Shown here in pieces: positions 59,718 to 64,000 of a stretch of DNA of 64,000 nt. A model generated the notes under the pieces. The model had not been told where the DNA came from and searched no databases. It was given only the letters and a program-made list of their open reading frames with translations. Within the stretch, counting starts at the first letter, position 1; every line of letters begins with the position of its first letter. The DNA comes from Patescibacteria group bacterium (GTDB lineage: Bacteria; Patescibacteriota; Patescibacteriia; Buchananbacterales; UBA6539): the NCBI GenBank assembly GCA_028688055.1, contig JAQTYZ010000003.1:1191-65190 (forward strand), given 5' to 3'. A program made the translations under genes and the position numbers.

Positions 59718-62700
59718 ATGAAAAAGTCTCTCAATTTAGCGAAAATTGTTAGTTTAATTGCGATATCAGTGACTGTTGTTTCGGTCACTTTTTTTGTTAC
59801 TGGATTAGTTGTGGCAGCAACTAGTACCTGGGTTGGTCCGATCTTAGCGCCGCCAGGTGGCAATCCGCCGGGTTTTATTTTTAATGCCCTGTCCGGTGGT
59901 TCGGCGCAGAACGCTGACATTAACATCAGCGGCACTGGAACCTTTGGTGATATTAATGTTGTTGATAATGCCAATAGTACCGGTTCGATTATTGTTGGTA
60001 ATCAAATTTGTTTTCACGGCACAACAGATTGTACGGATACGTTTAAAGGTCTTAGCGGTAGTGATAACATTTGGGCTAAAACCGGTTCAGCACCACAACC
60101 CGTTACTTTAATTAATGCTGACGATCTTGTTCATATTGGTAATCCGGTTTCAGCCGACCCGAATGATAAATCGAATAAAATTAAGTTATATATTAACGGT
60201 AGCTTTGGTCATCCAGATGGCTCGACAATTTTGCACTTGTGGGGTTCTCAGATTGCTGACGCGGGCGGACTGCTCTCGTTAACTTCCGCTTCCGGGCCAT
60301 TAGTTCTTAATCCTGATAACAATGGTAATGTCGGGGTTGGGACAAATAAACCAGATTATAAGTTTCATGTTGTTGGCAACGTTGGTGCCGCGGGATTGCT
60401 GACGCCAACTTTGGAAAATCGTAATGTTAATGGCGGTGTGATGATGCAGCTAGTTAATGGCGCGGCCCCAGCTGGTTTTGGCCTTAATGGACCCAGTCGT
60501 AATGTAGCTGGTGCCAGTTATTTAAATAATTGGGCCTGGATGACTAATGATAATTCAAATGGCGGTTTAGCATTTTTGACCGGTTGCGGTGATCCTGGGT
60601 GTGTTAGAATGGTTCTTACCCCAACTGGAAAGCTTGGTATTGGTACTAATCAGCCCCAAGCCTGGTTGGACGTTAATGGAACTAGTTTTTGGAATTCAAA
60701 CCCGGCGACTGGCGGTGGTAATGTTGAAATGCAATCTTATTACAACTCGGACATCACTTGGCCAACAAGTAATCTAAGTAATCCATCGCGGTCAACTTAC
60801 GGTAGTATTTTTGGCGGCGGCTTAAGGGTAAATGAGTATTATGATGGGACAGCTAAAACAATCAAGAAAACCAGACAGGGTCCATCGGGTACCATTGAAA
60901 TGAAAGAGTGGGGCGATTGGAATTTTATCGTTTCATCGGACGCGGCCGCTGGTGCGGTTGCCCCAAATCGTAAAATGGCTTTAACCATAAAAAATGATGG
61001 TCGGGTCGGCATAATGACTTCCGGTAATGATTGGAATGATGGCACGCAAATGATTGATGGATCATTGAATGTCTTTAAGCAAGGTGGTGGTGGCGCAATT
61101 GATATTTATGGTACGCAAGGCCCTTGGTCATGGGATGGAATCAGGCTATGGAATGGTGGAATGAAATGGGATGCTGATGATGGCTCAATCAATGGTAATG
61201 GCAATAAATATTGGGGAATTTGGCATCAAACTGCTCTCGTTGACCCTACTGTTAGCGGACCGGATGATTTCCGAATAAATGAATACACTGGTACAGGTAG
61301 TAATCACGTTGAGGCATTAACGCTTCAGTCAATGACTGGAAAAATGGGTTTATTGGTGACCAAACCAACCACTCAGCTCGATATTGGTGGTGAAGGAACA
61401 GTAAAACTAGCTCAGCGAACGACCGCGCCAAATCCGACGACCAGTACTTTGTATAATTTAAACGGCAAGCTATATTGGGGTGCAACGCAGTTAAATAGTG
61501 GTAGCAGTACAAGTACTTGGACCCAAACTGGCAATAATTTATATCCGACGACGCTCGGTAGCAAAGTTGGTATCGGCACCGCTACGCCCGCTTCCATTTT
61601 TCATATTGTCGGCTATGAAGCGACTGGCGCAGGCCTTATGCAAACAATAGAAAACACTAATTCGGCCGCGACTAATGCTTTTGCTGGTTTATCACTAAAA
61701 ATAAATGGAGTTAAGTATGCTGATATTAGTGGCGGTAATGCCGGTGGAGCTGGCTGGGATATTGTAAATGGTTTAAATCTAGGGGCAGGAACCTCAAAAC
61801 AAGATATTGGTTTTAGAGTTGGACCATCAATTGATGGAACAGGAGGAAAAGGTCCGGCGATGATAATTAAATCTTCTGGCAAAGTCGGTATCGGTACTGC
61901 AACTCCAAAAACTAATTTGGAAGTTAATTCATGGTTATTGGTATCTGGCGCCGGCGCTAGGGTAAATCTCGGACACGGTACTGATGATCCTAATAGCAGT
62001 ATTGTTTGGGTGATGGACAACTACCAAGCCCCGGGGGCTAACGACAAATTGTTTAGAATTTTTCGGCAGGATAACTTAAATACGAATGCTCTGGATTGGC
62101 AGAATTACTTCTTTATTAATCCGGCTGGCAATGTGGGTATTGGTAATCCAGTGCCAGCGCAGAAACTTGATGTGGCTGGGAATATTAAGGCTAGCGGTAC
62201 CATTTGTGATGGCAGTGGTAATTGTTTGAATACTTCTGGTCCCAGCAATAGCGGTTGGACGGATGCTGGAGCGGTAGTCAACCTAACCACCGCGACTGAT
62301 AGTGTTAATATTGGTGGCACCAGTAATAATAATTTGAAGCTTTATGTTAATGGCGATTTTGGTAGAAATAATGGCGCCGCAACGATGTGGTTGTATGGCT
62401 CTAAAATTTCTGATATGGGAGGAGCTATCTTAAATATTATTCCTGGTGGCAATCCTGGTAACGTTAATATCCAAAGTGGGTCCGGTTCCTCGATGATATA
62501 TACTCAAGGTTCGACTCAAAGAGTTGGAATTGGGACCACTGAACCGGCCGAAAAACTTGATGTGGTTGGAAATATTAAAAGTTCTGGCGATATTAAGTCC
62601 GGTCGAGTTTTTGCTGGATCTATGCCTTTTGGATTAGGTATCGTGAATGTAAATTCAACGGGGCCAACACTGAATTTTTTCAGTGCTCTTAATGTCGGTG

Positions 62701-63170
62701 TTAACTCGAGTGTTAGTGGAACATCAGATAATGCTTATGGCGTTTATGCTTCTGCTTCAGGTGGGACGGCTGCTAACTATGGCGTCTATGGTTATGGTAG
62801 CGGTACCAATTCGTTTGGCGGTTACTTTCTTGGTGGCACCTATTCCGATCGGTTTTGTCTGGGTGGGGCAAGCAATTGTATAACGTCGTGGCCGGGCGAT
62901 GGCAGCGGACCATTAACGGCTAAGGATAATTTAACGGTTTCTAATGGATCAAATTTCAACGTCGGTATTAAATATAAGCAATGTAATAGTGTCACTACCT
63001 GTACTTGTGATGCGGGTCAATACTTGATAACGGGCGGAGTTGAATGTGCTAGCGGTCAAGCGGTTCGAGCTAGTTATCCAAAAAATGATCTAAAAACTTG
63101 GTATGGTACGTGCGATTCGACGCCGCTTAGTATCAGAATTTCGTGTGTCAAAGGAAATCCGGCGCCTTAA
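59718..63170 (+). CDS. large (1150 aa) signal-anchored Gly/Asn-rich surface protein with recurring (K/R)VGIGT..P fibre-like repeats and a C-terminal Cys-rich domain
   Basis: N-terminal anchor IVSLIAISVTVVSVTFFVTGLVVAA. Repeats GKLGIGTNQP, KVGIGTATPASIFHIVG, GKVGIGTATPKTNLEVN, GNVGIGNPVPAQKLDVAGNIKASG, QRVGIGTTEPAEKLDVVGNIKSSG. The C-terminus has 8 Cys. Confidence 0.8.
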   Translation: MKKSLNLAKIVSLIAISVTVVSVTFFVTGLVVAATSTWVGPILAPPGGNPPGFIFNALSGGSAQNADINISGTGTFGDINVVDNANSTGSIIVGNQICFHGTTDCTDTFKGLSGSDNIWAKTGSAPQPVTLINADDLVHIGNPVSADPNDKSNKIKLYINGSFGHPDGSTILHLWGSQIADAGGLLSLTSASGPLVLNPDNNGNVGVGTNKPDYKFHVVGNVGAAGLLTPTLENRNVNGGVMMQLVNGAAPAGFGLNGPSRNVAGASYLNNWAWMTNDNSNGGLAFLTGCGDPGCVRMVLTPTGKLGIGTNQPQAWLDVNGTSFWNSNPATGGGNVEMQSYYNSDITWPTSNLSNPSRSTYGSIFGGGLRVNEYYDGTAKTIKKTRQGPSGTIEMKEWGDWNFIVSSDAAAGAVAPNRKMALTIKNDGRVGIMTSGNDWNDGTQMIDGSLNVFKQGGGGAIDIYGTQGPWSWDGIRLWNGGMKWDADDGSINGNGNKYWGIWHQTALVDPTVSGPDDFRINEYTGTGSNHVEALTLQSMTGKMGLLVTKPTTQLDIGGEGTVKLAQRTTAPNPTTSTLYNLNGKLYWGATQLNSGSSTSTWTQTGNNLYPTTLGSKVGIGTATPASIFHIVGYEATGAGLMQTIENTNSAATNAFAGLSLKINGVKYADISGGNAGGAGWDIVNGLNLGAGTSKQDIGFRVGPSIDGTGGKGPAMIIKSSGKVGIGTATPKTNLEVNSWLLVSGAGARVNLGHGTDDPNSSIVWVMDNYQAPGANDKLFRIFRQDNLNTNALDWQNYFFINPAGNVGIGNPVPAQKLDVAGNIKASGTICDGSGNCLNTSGPSNSGWTDAGAVVNLTTATDSVNIGGTSNNNLKLYVNGDFGRNNGAATMWLYGSKISDMGGAILNIIPGGNPGNVNIQSGSGSSMIYTQGSTQRVGIGTTEPAEKLDVVGNIKSSGDIKSGRVFAGSMPFGLGIVNVNSTGPTLNFFSALNVGVNSSVSGTSDNAYGVYASASGGTAANYGVYGYGSGTNSFGGYFLGGTYSDRFCLGGASNCITSWPGDGSGPLTAKDNLTVSNGSNFNVGIKYKQCNSVTTCTCDAGQYLITGGVECASGQAVRASYPKNDLKTWYGTCDSTPLSIRISCVKGNPAP

Positions 63171-63199
63171 TTTAACAAGCTCGTCTAAATAAACCGATT

Positions 63200-64000
63200 G
63201 ATGAAAAATAAAATTTTAGCTTTAGTAGTTGCAATAATTTTCGTCTCTTCTTTAGTCGTGTTTTTAAATGTCCGGGCGCAAAGTACACCTACTTTTTGCG
63301 GTGATGGGGTTATCCAATCGCCCAACAAGGCCGGTCAGTACGAAAAATGCGATGATGGCAACGGTACTGTTCCCATTGAAACTGATAAATGCACCACAAC
63401 TTGCGGGGCCAAGTTAATGGGTTTTGCGTGGTCGGATAATGTCGGTTGGGTTTCGCTTAATGATAAAAATTGTGAGCCGCAATATTTGGATCCAAGTTTA
63501 CCGGCTGGTAGCTGCGGACCGCAAAGCATAACTTATTATACTCAGGCGACAAATAATAATGAGATCCAAGGCTATGGCTGGTCGGATAATGTCGGTTGGG
63601 TTTGTTTTGGTACGACTTGTCCAATGACGCCCCCACCGCCGGTGGGAAATTTAGCCGCTCAAATTACTTCCGATCATCCGGAAAATCCCGCGGTAACCGG
63701 CTGGGCTAAAATTTTAAGCTTAAATGATAATGGTTGGGTATCGTTAAGTTGTCTAAATGATATGTCGTGCAATAATTTAGATGCTAACGGACAGCCGATT
63801 ACTTATCAGGTTCGATTGGGGCTGGCAACTTTTGGAACCGAACAGCGTTTAACTTTGAGCGGGTTTAGTTGGAATAATTTAGTCGGTTGGTTGGAGTTTA
63901 ATGCCACTGCTTCCGGAATCCCGGCTTGGCTTCAAACAAAATATGGCGATATTTACGCACGTCGTGGATTACAGGGTTTGAAATCGCCTGGCTATAATGC
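63200..64000 (+). CDS. secreted Cys/Trp-repeat protein, 5'-partial view (runs off the window end)
   Basis: ATG at 63200 with a signal peptide (MKNKILALVVAIIFVSSLVVFLNVRAQ). Repeats G(F/Y)(A/G/S)WSDNVGWV(S/C) and GFSWNNLVGWLEF. No stop before the window end. Confidence 0.6.

Overview
This is a low-GC, gene-dense bacterial chromosome segment that uses the standard code (TAA, TAG and TGA all act as stops; trpS ends in TGA). The gene content and style look like Patescibacteria/CPR: a minimal housekeeping set, many signal-anchored hypothetical proteins, and weak or absent Shine-Dalgarno sequences. Housekeeping genes present are glyA, folD, a PGM/PMM-family mutase, murI, trpS, rnj, secG, uvrA, leuS, a FemAB-family transferase, tsaC, rsmA/ksgA, metK, recG, radA, a clpC-type chaperone, htpX and lemA. 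I count three tRNAs (Leu-CAG, Ser-GCU, Arg-GCG). There is also a clear T-box leader, oddly placed in front of two tiny cysteine-containing ORFs upstream of trpS. The main finding is a roughly 21-kb accessory block at 26.1-47.8 kb. It starts with a sigma70-like promoter and a TSP3-motif membrane protein, followed by a 3202-aa cysteine-repeat/CBM-like giant surface protein. Downstream are a VirB6/TrbL-like polytopic protein with a long C-terminal extension, a VirB3-like protein, a VirB4 ATPase split into two adjacent ORFs, a possible VirB8-like protein and ComFC. metK, with a structured leader, sits inside this block. I interpret this as a minimal type IV secretion-like apparatus coupled to a giant adhesin-like protein. 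Two paralogous secreted proteins at 15.6-17.7 kb share a near-identical two-helix hairpin module, and one carries an RlpA/3D-like lytic domain. Other notable items are a GIY-YIG nuclease gene wedged between a 5' tRNA-Ser fragment and the intact tRNA-Ser, and large repeat-rich surface proteins at the 3' end of the window. No CRISPR array, transposase or rRNA was seen.
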